From the IMG/VR virus record IMGVR_UViG_3300044769_000040, positions 1 to 62,713 of that record: 62,713 bases of DNA. The stretch is one strand, 5' to 3'. This stretch comes from a virus (lineage: Duplodnaviria; Caudoviricetes). Within the stretch, counting starts at the first letter, position 1. The number at the start of each line of letters is the position of its first letter. Position numbers and translations under genes: made by a program. Below, piece by piece: positions 19,795-28,463 of this stretch. Below the pieces are notes generated by a model. That model saw only the letters and a program-made list of their open reading frames with translations, did no database searches and was not told the DNA's origin.

Positions 19795-20244
19795 TTACGG
19801 CTCCTCCCAGTACATGGTGCCGGCCCACGTCGTGGCATCTGCACCGATGTCCTTCTGGAGTGAAAGACGTCCTGTGGTGACTACGAAGGGTTCGGCGCCA
19901 GGTGGGAACCAGAGGATATAGGTGCCGACGATGTCGAACCCGAATGAACTGATCGTCACACCAGACGTCGGCTCGGCTGTGTAGGTCGAGGCTGCTACCG
20001 TGATTGGTACTCCCGAGCTCAGGTCGAGCTGCAACTCCGTGTTCGTGATGTTGGTCTTGGCTTCAGAACCCGTGGTTGTCCGGTTCAGAATCCACCGAAC
20101 ACCCTGAGCAGCGGTCGCCGCCGTGTTGCCGATATGAACCCCGCGCACCTTCGCACGAACCGTCGCCGCGATCAAGGTGATATGGGTCTTAGGTGCGGCT
20201 GCGCCGGCGGTCTTGTCAATCGCTGCGAATGCTGCTCCCGCCAC
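19795..20244 (-). CDS. Hypothetical structural protein
   Basis: 149 aa; SD AAGGAG; beta-rich, ends YWEEP; loosely similar to 21390..21860. Confidence 0.65.
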   Translation of the reverse strand: MAGAAFAAIDKTAGAAAPKTHITLIAATVRAKVRGVHIGNTAATAAQGVRWILNRTTTGSEAKTNITNTELQLDLSSGVPITVAASTYTAEPTSGVTISSFGFDIVGTYILWFPPGAEPFVVTTGRLSLQKDIGADATTWAGTMYWEEP

Positions 20245-20271
20245 TATTCACTCCTTTCATAGGGTACTGAC

Positions 20272-20796
20272 TTACGGACTTGCACAGAGTACAAAGATGG
20301 TAATGGAGTTAGCTACCTGTGTTCTTGCGATGACCCTGTATCGCACAGGATTTCCTTCGCTCGGGAACGGGACCAGGTGCGCCGCTACTATGCCATCAAC
20401 CTCAGGGTCAAAGTTAGCACCTGGGAACTCGAACCCACCCGAGATAGGAACCTCTCCTGGCAGACAGTCGATGAAGAGTGAAGTATACCCGCTGGGATCG
20501 GTTGGAACGGAGTAGCTTCTTACTTGTAGGTTAGCCGTTGAGAAGTAACCTGTCGGTCCCTGAGCACCCGTAGGGCCTTGTGGTCCTTCTTGATTCCATT
20601 CGATCGCAGTCTCGCTTGAACTACATGTTTGCCCAGCTTCTGTGTCGATTACTCGAAGGGCTCCTCGAATGTTTGGATTGCCTGACGTGAGATAGCAGCC
20701 GTGAATCACTCCACTGCTATCAGGGATAGACGCAACTGCTATGCCGGCAGATACTAGCATCACACCTAAGACGATTCCGACAAGCAGCTTCTTCAT
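20272..20796 (-). CDS. Secreted protein with short collagen-like segment
   Basis: Signal peptide MKKLLVGIV...AVA; IPDSSGVIHGCY; GPQGPTGAQGPTG. Confidence 0.75.
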   Translation of the reverse strand: MKKLLVGIVLGVMLVSAGIAVASIPDSSGVIHGCYLTSGNPNIRGALRVIDTEAGQTCSSSETAIEWNQEGPQGPTGAQGPTGYFSTANLQVRSYSVPTDPSGYTSLFIDCLPGEVPISGGFEFPGANFDPEVDGIVAAHLVPFPSEGNPVRYRVIARTQVANSITIFVLCASP

Positions 20797-20797
20797 C

Positions 20798-21178
20798 TTA
20801 TGCCCCTATGTTGATCGTAAGTGTTGCCGTCAGCACCCAAGTCTGCGTCGACGGCTTCGTTCCTAGCACTTCAACCTTGCGGCTGAACATCGTGCCTGCG
20901 GCCACTGCATTGAAGTAGCCCCATTCTTCCCATGCGAAGTTTGCCTCTCCAGGCGCAAAGCTCGCCTTGGCTGTAATCACATTGACTGATCGAGATGGGA
21001 ATGTGGCTTCCATAGGCCGTCGAAAGACTGATCCACCTTGAAGGTCCGTCTGACCAGCTGCGAAGGCTGCGTTCGAGTTACCGACTCCGAGGTGTGCGTT
21101 CGCTGCATTGAACTCCGTTACTGCTTCACCGTTGAAGTCAGTTGCAATGTGGTTTCGGCCTGCATCAGTTAGAGCCAT
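20798..21178 (-). CDS. Conserved phage structural protein
   Basis: MALTDAGRN...GVG...EANFAWEEWG...RKV pattern typical of phage tail-fibre N-terminal modules. Confidence 0.65.
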   Translation of the reverse strand: MALTDAGRNHIATDFNGEAVTEFNAANAHLGVGNSNAAFAAGQTDLQGGSVFRRPMEATFPSRSVNVITAKASFAPGEANFAWEEWGYFNAVAAGTMFSRKVEVLGTKPSTQTWVLTATLTINIGA

Positions 21179-21377
21179 TGTCTACCCCTAGGATCTGTGT
21201 GTTGACAGCAAGTGAGGAGTCCATAGGTGGTGGGTTTAGAATGCGTTCGATGACCTTGCCATCCTTGATCCGTAGGACTTCGATCGGCTTGTCACCTTCT
21301 TTGTACTCACCCTCGTACTTCTCTAGCAACACCTCCTCGTCGAATCCGAGTTCCGAAATGTCCCTGCGATCAGGCAC
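21165..21377 (-). CDS. Hypothetical protein
   Basis: 70 aa, strong SD. Confidence 0.55.
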   Translation of the reverse strand: MPDRRDISELGFDEEVLLEKYEGEYKEGDKPIEVLRIKDGKVIERILNPPPMDSSLAVNTQILGVDNGSN

Positions 21378-21389
21378 CCTCCACCTCCT

Positions 21390-21860
21390 TTACGCGTGCT
21401 CAAGTGCCATGAACGCTCTGATCGAAACAGCCGCAGGAGCGTTACAGCGGATGACGAACCCTTCACTGACTGCGCTGTCGTACGTCTGCCCGAGTGAGAA
21501 GTCGTAGGCGAACAGGCCCTTGTTGGGATCGAGTGCGAAAGGCCTCAACGCTGTAACAACAGTAGGCTCAGTAGTCCAGGCGAATCCTGCTGTCCAGTCG
21601 GCTGTAGTGACCCTTCCGTAGGTCTGGCGTTCCGCCCCAGCCGTTGAGGCAGTACCTGGTGAGTTAGTCGCGAAAGTGCAGTAGCAGACCTCGACGAGCA
21701 CCGGTTCAGCAGAAGCCGTGACTCCGTCGAAGTCGATCTCGAACCCCTGCAGGTCAAGACCTACGCTTGCTCCCGCCTTGGCTCCAAGAACTGTCTTAGC
21801 AACACCGGCGGAGAGTGCGACCTCACCTTCGGTTGAACATGCATACCCGAGCTTGGTCAT
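21390..21860 (-). CDS. Hypothetical structural protein
   Basis: 156 aa, SD GGAGG, beta-rich. Confidence 0.65.
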   Translation of the reverse strand: MTKLGYACSTEGEVALSAGVAKTVLGAKAGASVGLDLQGFEIDFDGVTASAEPVLVEVCYCTFATNSPGTASTAGAERQTYGRVTTADWTAGFAWTTEPTVVTALRPFALDPNKGLFAYDFSLGQTYDSAVSEGFVIRCNAPAAVSIRAFMALEHA

Positions 21861-21872
21861 ATCCCCTCCTCC

Positions 21873-22355
21873 CTATGCTGCCCTAAAGAGCCCGGCAACG
21901 TTGATCTGTGCAGTTAGATCTGTACCGTCTGTGGTGACTGAGAAGTCGTGGTACGTCCAGGGGATAATGTTCGAGTCGGTACCTGCAGTAGTATCGTCAT
22001 CATAGCAGACAATAAGCTTGCCAAGTGTGTTGTTCACACCACCGCCTGCAGATGTCCAGATTTGGTCAGGGACGTCGAGGTCTCGACGGTTGTTTGTGTC
22101 ATCGGGCGCCGGCAAGGCTGCAAGCTCGGCATCAGTCAATGTCTTCCTGACATAGTTCGTGAAGTCAGCTTGGTCGTTCGCTGCTGCTAGGAGTGCTGAC
22201 AGATCATCGTGGTTGTTGAGTGTATCATCCGCCTCAAGACCAGTCGCTTTGAGTAGGACGACGATGAAGGCGGAGTTCGCGTGGTGGTTGGATTCAATGA
22301 TGTTGTACCATTCAACACCGCGACCCTTGGCGATGTTGAAAACGCCGTCAGCCAC
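21873..22355 (-). CDS. Conserved phage structural protein
   Basis: MADGVFNIAKG...DFSVTTDGTDLT; strong SD. Confidence 0.7.
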   Translation of the reverse strand: MADGVFNIAKGRGVEWYNIIESNHHANSAFIVVLLKATGLEADDTLNNHDDLSALLAAANDQADFTNYVRKTLTDAELAALPAPDDTNNRRDLDVPDQIWTSAGGGVNNTLGKLIVCYDDDTTAGTDSNIIPWTYHDFSVTTDGTDLTAQINVAGLFRAA

Positions 22356-22512
22356 TCTTCACCTCCTTCCTACCCGAGTTCAGCTCTTCGGCTATGCCTA
22401 CCTTGACGACCTTCTCGTGAGTACCGTCTGCGTACTCAACGATATAGACGTCCGGACCGTCCTTCGGGTCGTCCGACTTACGAATGACTCCGTCGCGTTC
22501 TTCCATCTGCAT
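22348..22512 (-). CDS. Small hypothetical protein (54 aa, below ORF-track cutoff)
   Basis: MQMEERDGVIRK...; TGATG coupling to portal stop; fills the gap. Confidence 0.55.
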   Translation of the reverse strand: MQMEERDGVIRKSDDPKDGPDVYIVEYADGTHEKVVKVGIAEELNSGRKEVKSG

Positions 22513-23984
22513 CACTCCTTTGGCCCACCTGTAATGCTACCCTGTCGGGAACCGTCAGCATTCTGACCCTTCGGGACTTCTCCGTTAGGCGGAGCGGGCT
22601 GTTCTGGAGAAGCAACCACAGTTGGCCTGCCCTTCGTTATCCTCGCTTCGACATCACGTTCTGTGACGTCGTCGCCTCCAAGCGGGAGGTCCATCTGATC
22701 ACGGGTCCACTGCTCAAGGTCCGGAGTAGGCGTGAGGATTCCAGGTTCAGTAAGGTTCCTCATCGCGACGCTGAAGGCCCTCCAGTCCGCAGCCTCACCG
22801 ATACGCCTAACACGGAGCTCAGGGAAGTTGGTCACCTTCGGTCCGTAGTTGTACCTGATGAGTTCCGGGATCGCATCCTTGTTGATGTTCATCCGCACGA
22901 TGTCAGAGACATAGCGCAAGGCCTTCATGAAGATCTCCATCTGCGAACTACCAAGCGCCCGAGACCCTGAAGTGGTACTACCGAGGTTCATGAACTGCCC
23001 AAGGACGTTACGAGCAATCATGAGGTCGTGGTGCTCCGCTGACTGGAGGACGTTCACGACGCCTGTGTTCATCGCAATGAACTCAACATCCCAGCCAGGA
23101 GGCAGTGTAACATATGCCTTCTCGTTCGTCCTCAGGTTCCGTCCGAGTTCGTTAGCGAAGTTCTTGTCCTCGTTCGTGAAGCCTGGTGGAAGTTTGATCT
23201 TCGGGATACCAATGCCGTGTCGTTCTTTCTGAATTGCATCGACCTTGTACAGGTTCTCTTTGTAGTACCAGTGTTTGTATGCACTTCGAAGGATCGAGGT
23301 ACCCTGTGGGTCCCCGCCCTCCCTGTCAAGAGTGAAGATCAGCAGTTTCTGTGATGGAATGTCGACCTGTGAAGAGAAGTTCGTTAGTCCATCGACACGG
23401 TTGAAGACGATATGGTTGACAGTGCCATTGCCGTTGAACTCGAAACGGTCGATGTGTACTGGGTGTCGAGGTGCGAAAGCTTCCCACCGGACTACTTCCT
23501 TCTCACGTGGGCGCTGCTTCTGTATGTTCTTCCACGTATCCGTCGTGAACACCTTCTCAAACGTGTAGTACCCGTAGTCGAGCATGAGAAGGCATTCCCA
23601 AAGGAACTCGATGAAGGGAGTCCGCATGTGGTTCAGAGCCCACCACGTGAAGTCTGCGATCTCCATGTCCTGAGGAGATGAAGACGCAGGGTTCATGTAC
23701 CACTGTGCACTGATGATTGGAGTCTTCACCAGGCGCAGTGTAGCTCGAACCTGCGCATCAGACCTACGCATTTGGTCATAGGTCTTGATGCCACGGATGC
23801 CTCGGAGCTCTGGGTTGTACTCGATGATGCCAAAGCTACCGTACGACGTCATACCGGTAGCTCCGAGCTCCCTTAGGGACGGCGTGTCCGCTAGTTCCTT
23901 AGGCTCGTCTCGGGCATCCTCTACAGTCATCTTGGCTTCTGTAGACAGACCAAGACCTGCTCGAAGTCGATCTCCTAGTGCCAT
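22512..23984 (-). CDS. Portal protein (Mu gp29/DUF935-like)
   Basis: 490 aa; YGYYTFEKV, GTSILRSAY, ERHGIGIP, GSRALG; follows TerL. Confidence 0.92.
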   Translation of the reverse strand: MALGDRLRAGLGLSTEAKMTVEDARDEPKELADTPSLRELGATGMTSYGSFGIIEYNPELRGIRGIKTYDQMRRSDAQVRATLRLVKTPIISAQWYMNPASSSPQDMEIADFTWWALNHMRTPFIEFLWECLLMLDYGYYTFEKVFTTDTWKNIQKQRPREKEVVRWEAFAPRHPVHIDRFEFNGNGTVNHIVFNRVDGLTNFSSQVDIPSQKLLIFTLDREGGDPQGTSILRSAYKHWYYKENLYKVDAIQKERHGIGIPKIKLPPGFTNEDKNFANELGRNLRTNEKAYVTLPPGWDVEFIAMNTGVVNVLQSAEHHDLMIARNVLGQFMNLGSTTSGSRALGSSQMEIFMKALRYVSDIVRMNINKDAIPELIRYNYGPKVTNFPELRVRRIGEAADWRAFSVAMRNLTEPGILTPTPDLEQWTRDQMDLPLGGDDVTERDVEARITKGRPTVVASPEQPAPPNGEVPKGQNADGSRQGSITGGPKE

Positions 23985-23987
23985 GTA

Positions 23988-25445
23988 TCACCACCTCGGG
24001 ATGTCGTCTAGACGGAACGAGGAGTCGTCAGCCCTCGAGAAGACACTCTCACCACGGCTGAAAATGCCTACTGGATCGGGCTCACGATCCATAGGGTCAG
24101 TCGGGTCCGTGTTGAAGTTGCTTGTCTCCATCACGTCCGAGAGGTGGTAGCGGGCGCCAAGTTCGAACAGGTGCATGATGCCGTATCGAATCGCATCCAT
24201 GCAGTGGTCGTTCTTCTTCTTGGGCTCTTCCTTCTTGTTCTCGTCAGCTGTCCTAGAAAGCTGCTTGGTCCGATAGTTCTGGAACTCGAAGATGGTGTTC
24301 TCACAGTTGCGGTCAACGTACAAGTGCGTCTTCTGTTCGCCTAGGTCATTCAGTTGCACTGCCAAGAAGTCCTTCACCTTCTTGATTCCCGTCAGCCAGT
24401 CCTTCTTGGCCTCTGGGTCACTGTAGGTAGGAGCGACCAACCGACTCATTGTCGCAGTAGCCTTAGGGTCAGCCGAGTCCCCGAAGCCACAGACGATCTT
24501 GTATCCTTCAGGTTGTGGGCGTGCGTTCATGATCTCTGCATGGTCGCTGTCAATCTTACCTGAGTCGTAGTACTCCCTCCAGATGTAGACTTCGTCTGAA
24601 GGTGAGATCTGTGCGTCTATAGCCACGAACGGATTTTCGAAGCCGTAGTCAAAGAATAGGTAGTTCGGCCAATCGGGATTGTACACATAGCGGTCGACGA
24701 TGTGGACTTCATCAGCCCACTCGGTGTAAATCTGCCCCACGAAGGAGCGAAAACTAGCTCCGATCTCCTGCCAGAAGAAAGGATCGTCCGGTGTTCGTAG
24801 CTGCCTTTGGATCTCCGGGTCATCAAAACCCTCCGGGTACACGTACGGATTCTCCCAAGCTGGGAAGTTCCAGGACTCCCAATCCTGCTTCGAAGGATCC
24901 TGTCCCCACTTGTAGATGTCGTAGTACCAGTTGAAGCCTTCAGGCGTGCTTGGGAAGATCGCCCAGCCATGCTGGTCCGCGAGCGCAGGCGTAATGTACT
25001 TATCCCAGACAGTAGGCGACTGTTTTGCTGCCTCGGAAACAATGACACCAGCTAACCCCTCACCGACCAAGGTATCCGGGTGCTGCGCACTCTTGACATC
25101 TACCCGAGTACCCCATGGCATCTCGATGTACATGTCACCAGTGCGAACGTTGTACGCCTTCCTCTTGATGTTGTTCCCCATCTTCAGGTCGATGATGATG
25201 TACTCCCACAAGTACCGGAACTCCTTCTCACCTAGTTCATATGTCGGCCCGACGATCCAGTACCTATTTCCCCGTTTGGACAAATCAAGCAAGTCTGGCA
25301 ACAGTTCTGCAGCTGCCATCTTCGACTTGCCAAATCGCCTTCCGCACACAGGTACCTTGAACCGTGCAGGACTATCGTGGAACAGCTTCTGCTTCACGTG
25401 GGGCGTGTATTTGATCTTCTCCCACAGAGCCTGGGAATCAATCAT
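23988..25445 (-). CDS. terL: Terminase large subunit
   Basis: Walker A CGRRFGKS, STPEGFNW, FDYG, NDHCMDAIRY nuclease motif. Confidence 0.95.
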   Translation of the reverse strand: MIDSQALWEKIKYTPHVKQKLFHDSPARFKVPVCGRRFGKSKMAAAELLPDLLDLSKRGNRYWIVGPTYELGEKEFRYLWEYIIIDLKMGNNIKRKAYNVRTGDMYIEMPWGTRVDVKSAQHPDTLVGEGLAGVIVSEAAKQSPTVWDKYITPALADQHGWAIFPSTPEGFNWYYDIYKWGQDPSKQDWESWNFPAWENPYVYPEGFDDPEIQRQLRTPDDPFFWQEIGASFRSFVGQIYTEWADEVHIVDRYVYNPDWPNYLFFDYGFENPFVAIDAQISPSDEVYIWREYYDSGKIDSDHAEIMNARPQPEGYKIVCGFGDSADPKATATMSRLVAPTYSDPEAKKDWLTGIKKVKDFLAVQLNDLGEQKTHLYVDRNCENTIFEFQNYRTKQLSRTADENKKEEPKKKNDHCMDAIRYGIMHLFELGARYHLSDVMETSNFNTDPTDPMDREPDPVGIFSRGESVFSRADDSSFRLDDIPRW

Positions 25446-25765
25446 TGGACCACTCCGCCCAACATGTCTACTAGGTCCCTACCATCGAGTAGTCGCACGT
25501 TGCACAGAGCCCTTCCGAAACTGTCCAGCTTAGTCGACTCGACCCAGACTATCGTACCAGGTGGAATCAGGGTACCCAGGAGGACCTTGGCATCCTCGTA
25601 CCCTGGTTGCCCCCTTTCTGGTGTGTCAATACCGAGTACCCTGATCCGACTAACGGCGCCCGTTACCTCTCTCCTCCAGACGCCCCATCCAAGATCGAGG
25701 TCAGCAGCGAACGTGTCACCGTCGATGACACGAACAACCGTGGCTTGCACGGTCCAGGTTGTCAT
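25442..25765 (-). CDS. Thermonuclease (SNase-like)
   Basis: RVIDGDT, IRVLGIDTPE, DSFGRAL motifs. Confidence 0.9.
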   Translation of the reverse strand: MTTWTVQATVVRVIDGDTFAADLDLGWGVWRREVTGAVSRIRVLGIDTPERGQPGYEDAKVLLGTLIPPGTIVWVESTKLDSFGRALCNVRLLDGRDLVDMLGGVVQ

Positions 25766-26109
25766 ACGGGTTTGAAGACGCCGATTGTGAGTGCAGTGAC
25801 CCCGCTGTACGTGAACTCGATCCTACCAGTAGCAGGGTTAGTGAACCGGGTAGGATCGAGTTCAAGCATCCGCTCCTGTGCGTTTGGGATCACGAAGTCG
25901 ACATCAGGGTCGAACGACTTAGCTCCAGTTGGCGCGAGGCTCGTTGGGTCGTTGATTGTGAGCGTCCAAGACGCCGAGTGCGCGTTCTTTACGTGGATGA
26001 TGCACCTCGCACCTTCTGGGGCAAAGGAGTCTCCGCCTCCTGCAGCTGCTACATACGCAGGAGTGAGCAGCGTCTGCAGGACCAGTGGTTGAACAGTCAG
26101 TACAGCCAC
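25762..26109 (-). CDS. Conserved hypothetical phage protein
   Basis: 115 aa, SD, overlaps next gene. Confidence 0.65.
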   Translation of the reverse strand: MAVLTVQPLVLQTLLTPAYVAAAGGGDSFAPEGARCIIHVKNAHSASWTLTINDPTSLAPTGAKSFDPDVDFVIPNAQERMLELDPTRFTNPATGRIEFTYSGVTALTIGVFKPV

Positions 26110-26120
26110 TTACGCTCCCT

Positions 26121-26468
26121 TCACTCGGCCTTGTCTTTCTGGATGTCGCCGAGGAGTTCCTTCCAGGGATCGCTGAGCCCACTCTGACCCACGGGCTTGC
26201 CAAGGTTCCACTCCAGAACGTACTTGGAGGACTCCAAGCGAACACGTTCTGTGGAACCGTTCTCGGCCAGCTGGACTAGCTGCTGAGCCGCGGAAACAAG
26301 TCCATCTTTCAGGATCTGCTTGGCTGCTTCCTCAGGCGACTCGGAAGGCTTGTATCCGTGGAGGGTTGCGAACAGCTCCTCGTCAGATGGGATGTTGTTG
26401 CTGTCTGCGAAGTGTTGGTAGTCCTGTGGACCGCCGTGTGCATCATCTCCCGCGGTCTCGCTGGACAT
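26121..26468 (-). CDS. terS: Putative terminase small subunit
   Basis: Start re-called at ATG 26468 after GGAGGAGGTG; helical ERVRLESSKYVLE motif; first gene of the virion arm. Confidence 0.6.
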   Translation of the reverse strand: MSSETAGDDAHGGPQDYQHFADSNNIPSDEELFATLHGYKPSESPEEAAKQILKDGLVSAAQQLVQLAENGSTERVRLESSKYVLEWNLGKPVGQSGLSDPWKELLGDIQKDKAE

Positions 26469-26521
26469 TCCCTTCACCTCCTCCGCTTGGTGTTGCTGTC
26501 CAGTGTCTCGCTGATCCTTCC

Positions 26522-26556
26522 CTCCTAGTATAGCTGGGTCACTCCTTGCAAGGCAC
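26522..26556 (-). promoter_or_regulatory. Putative late promoter upstream of terS
   Basis: TATACT -10 within the 15-bp repeat shared with 16029-16043. Confidence 0.55.
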
Positions 26557-26568
26557 GCTATGTCTCGT

Positions 26569-26660
26569 GGGTACCCTGTATTTTCCAGGTACCCGGGTGT
26601 GTTTGGTAGGGGCAGAACCGTTCGCAAACGGGTACCCCTGATGGAATCAGTAGGGGTACC
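26569..26660. repeat. Cluster of four GGTACC palindromes forming two inverted repeats
   Basis: GGTACC at 26570, 26588, 26631 and 26655. Confidence 0.7.
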
Positions 26661-26756
26661 ATTGAGGGGCGCCGTGACTAAATCGTTACGTTCGTTTCGA
26701 TTTCATGTAATATGAAGTTGTAAGATAAAATCAAATAGGAAAGGAGGTGGAATACT

Positions 26757-26957
26757 ATGAAGACTATCAGCATCTATCGTCTGGCAAAGACTGCTGGCGT
26801 GCAGCCACAGTCGCTGTACACGCAGGCGAAGCTCGGCGCGCTTCCTGCGAGGAAGACGACGTGCGATCACTGCGGGCACACGGCATGGACTGTCACGGAA
26901 TCTGACGCCGCTGCGTACCTGAAGAAGCGGGCGGATCGACAGGCAGCTCAGGCCTAA
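26757..26957 (+). CDS. MerR/Xis-like HTH protein with CxxC
   Basis: LAKTAGVQPQSLY...CDHCG; strong SD. Confidence 0.75.
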   Translation: MKTISIYRLAKTAGVQPQSLYTQAKLGALPARKTTCDHCGHTAWTVTESDAAAYLKKRADRQAAQA

Positions 26958-26960
26958 CTG

Positions 26961-27000
26961 TCAATCTGAGAGTGAGACGAAAGTCTCACTCTCGGATTGA
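26961..27000 (+). terminator. 18-bp hairpin with GAAA loop (terminator or processing stem)
   Basis: TCAATCTGAGAGTGAGAC-GAAA-GTCTCACTCTCGGATTGA. Confidence 0.7.
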
Positions 27001-27026
27001 ACGTTAGGAAAGGAGGTGAACAACAT

Positions 27027-27242
27027 ATGAACAAGCACATGGCCCGCAAGGCCACCCTGGCCCTGGTCGCCGTTGCAACCCTTTCCGGAATCGGAATCGG
27101 ACAGGCGACAGCTGGTGGTGGGACAGTCCGCGTACGCGTGCCGGTGTGTGCCGAGGACGAGACCTTCCTCAAGGGGAAGGGGGACTTCGACGGCCGACGC
27201 TGGGACCGCTACGTGTGCATCCACCCTGACAACCTGAAGTAG
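27027..27242 (+). CDS. Small secreted protein
   Basis: Strong SD; signal peptide; two Cys. Confidence 0.7.
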   Translation: MNKHMARKATLALVAVATLSGIGIGQATAGGGTVRVRVPVCAEDETFLKGKGDFDGRRWDRYVCIHPDNLK

Positions 27243-27251
27243 GGTGGACCC

Positions 27252-27281
27252 GGGAAGCCGGTCCGAAAGGGCCGGCTTCCC
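27252..27281 (+). terminator. Intrinsic terminator-like hairpin
   Basis: GGGAAGCCGGTCC-GAAA-GGGCCGGCTTCCC followed by TTAT. Confidence 0.7.
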
Positions 27282-27303
27282 TTATGCTCTATTGACAATA
27301 CTG

Positions 27304-27600
27304 GGAACACAACTTTCGACCCTGGGAGTAATTCGGCTACTTCCTAGGAACACAACTTTTCTGCATGGGACTAATTCGGCGCGGGCGGGTTGGGCTACCC
27401 TTCGGGCACATCTTTCCACAGGGCGCGGGGGGCCTATCCATCATCATAAGCAGGGGATGTTACCTCTATACCGTATTGAGGCTCTTATAACAATTAGGGC
27501 GGGTTATACTTAGTATAATAGTCAGATACCTAGTAGTCTTATTACATTATACTACATATAACTAATCCTAAGTATATATAACTAAAGGAAAAGGTGAATA
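27304..27600. other. Putative replication origin (43-bp-period tandem repeat plus AT-rich tract)
   Basis: GGAACACAACTTT-N6-TGGGA(G/C)TAATTCGGC at 27304 and 27347; very AT-rich 27484-27600; non-coding. Confidence 0.5.
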
Positions 27601-27659
27601 GGTGGTGCCGCTGGTCCACTTGCCGCAAGTCCACTACCTAGTCATTATCCCGTTCATGA

Positions 27660-27968
27660 TCATTCAGGGGGCCCCATCTTCCCAGCCCTCTTCATTATCT
27701 CCTGAACCGACTCCGCCAACTCCTCAGAGTCTTCCCCCGAACTCGAAATCGTTCCGTGCCCGCCAGAAGAGTTAGGCCGAGGGCCACCATGAGACCTGGT
27801 GCACCAAACCCAAAAGTAGGATGCTGGAAAGAAATCATCCTCCTGATGGGAGACCTTTACTAGGAGCTGGTCGTCTCGGTACGCAACCTGGTAGTTGTCC
27901 TTCGCACCGAGCATAGCGGCTATATCCACTATGAGTTCGGCCCGCTCCTCGTCTTTCTTCCTAGACAT
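27660..27968 (-). CDS. Hypothetical protein, lone reverse-strand early gene
   Basis: ATG 27968 after AAGGAGGTG; has its own promoter. Confidence 0.7.
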   Translation of the reverse strand: MSRKKDEERAELIVDIAAMLGAKDNYQVAYRDDQLLVKVSHQEDDFFPASYFWVWCTRSHGGPRPNSSGGHGTISSSGEDSEELAESVQEIMKRAGKMGPPE

Positions 27969-27990
27969 AGACGTCACCTCCTTACCTCTT

Positions 27991-28019
27991 ATTCTATAAG
28001 GGTCCAGAGGAAGACTCAA
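27991..28019 (-). promoter_or_regulatory. SigA-like promoter TTGAGT-17-TAGAAT
   Basis: Matches the promoter family of this genome. Confidence 0.7.
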
Positions 28020-28088
28020 GGGTTCGAAATTGAGGCTAGCTCCTATGATTTCCCAGTAGTGTAACAAAGGAACCCATGGTAGTGAGGC

Positions 28089-28117
28089 TTGTCAACCGTA
28101 CTCGGGACTGCTATAAT
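28089..28117 (+). promoter_or_regulatory. SigA-like promoter TTGTCA-17-TATAAT
   Basis: Near-consensus; divergent from the 27991 promoter. Confidence 0.75.
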
Positions 28118-28172
28118 ATAAGATGATAGGGGAAAGACTACCAAGCCAAGAGCCTAGAGGGAGGTGAATGGA

Positions 28173-28463
28173 ATGGCGAAGCGGGCAGAGTATGTCCACA
28201 CAGGCTTCGGTCGATGGAAGTGGGTCGACAAGGAGTTCTGCGATCGGTGTGGCCGAGAGGTAGTTGTGCCTTGGGAAGCACACCGAGAGAACGGACACAA
28301 GCTGTTCGGTGTGTACGAATGCATCGACAGTGGGTGCTACAATGCAGTCCGCAACGGACAAGATGCGAACAGGCCAGACGGTCCGTTGTTGCACTTCGTG
28401 GGGGCGTTAGAGGAATCGATGCACCGCCCACCAGCAGCAGTCCTGAACGGAGAAACACTATGA
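28173..28463 (+). CDS. Hypothetical Zn-finger-like protein
   Basis: SD GGAGGTG; CDRC...CIDSGC. Confidence 0.65.
   Translation: MAKRAEYVHTGFGRWKWVDKEFCDRCGREVVVPWEAHRENGHKLFGVYECIDSGCYNAVRNGQDANRPDGPLLHFVGALEESMHRPPAAVLNGETL

Noticed and set aside
79-26279. Numerous plus-strand ORFs across the virion arm, and minus-strand ORFs across the early arm
   Set aside because: Antisense shadows of well-supported genes, with no SD or recognisable motifs
26469-26627. N-terminal extension of the terS ORF in the ORF track
   Set aside because: Strong SD at ATG 26468; the extension crosses the promoter and palindrome cluster
27304-27380. Mini-CRISPR array
   Set aside because: Only two units, with 6-9 nt variable parts, far too short for spacers
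28015-28040. tRNA suggested by a GGTTCGAA T-loop-like sequence
   Set aside because: No cloverleaf or acceptor stem; lies between two divergent promoters. No tRNA recognised elsewhere, though a tRNAscan run is needed to confirm
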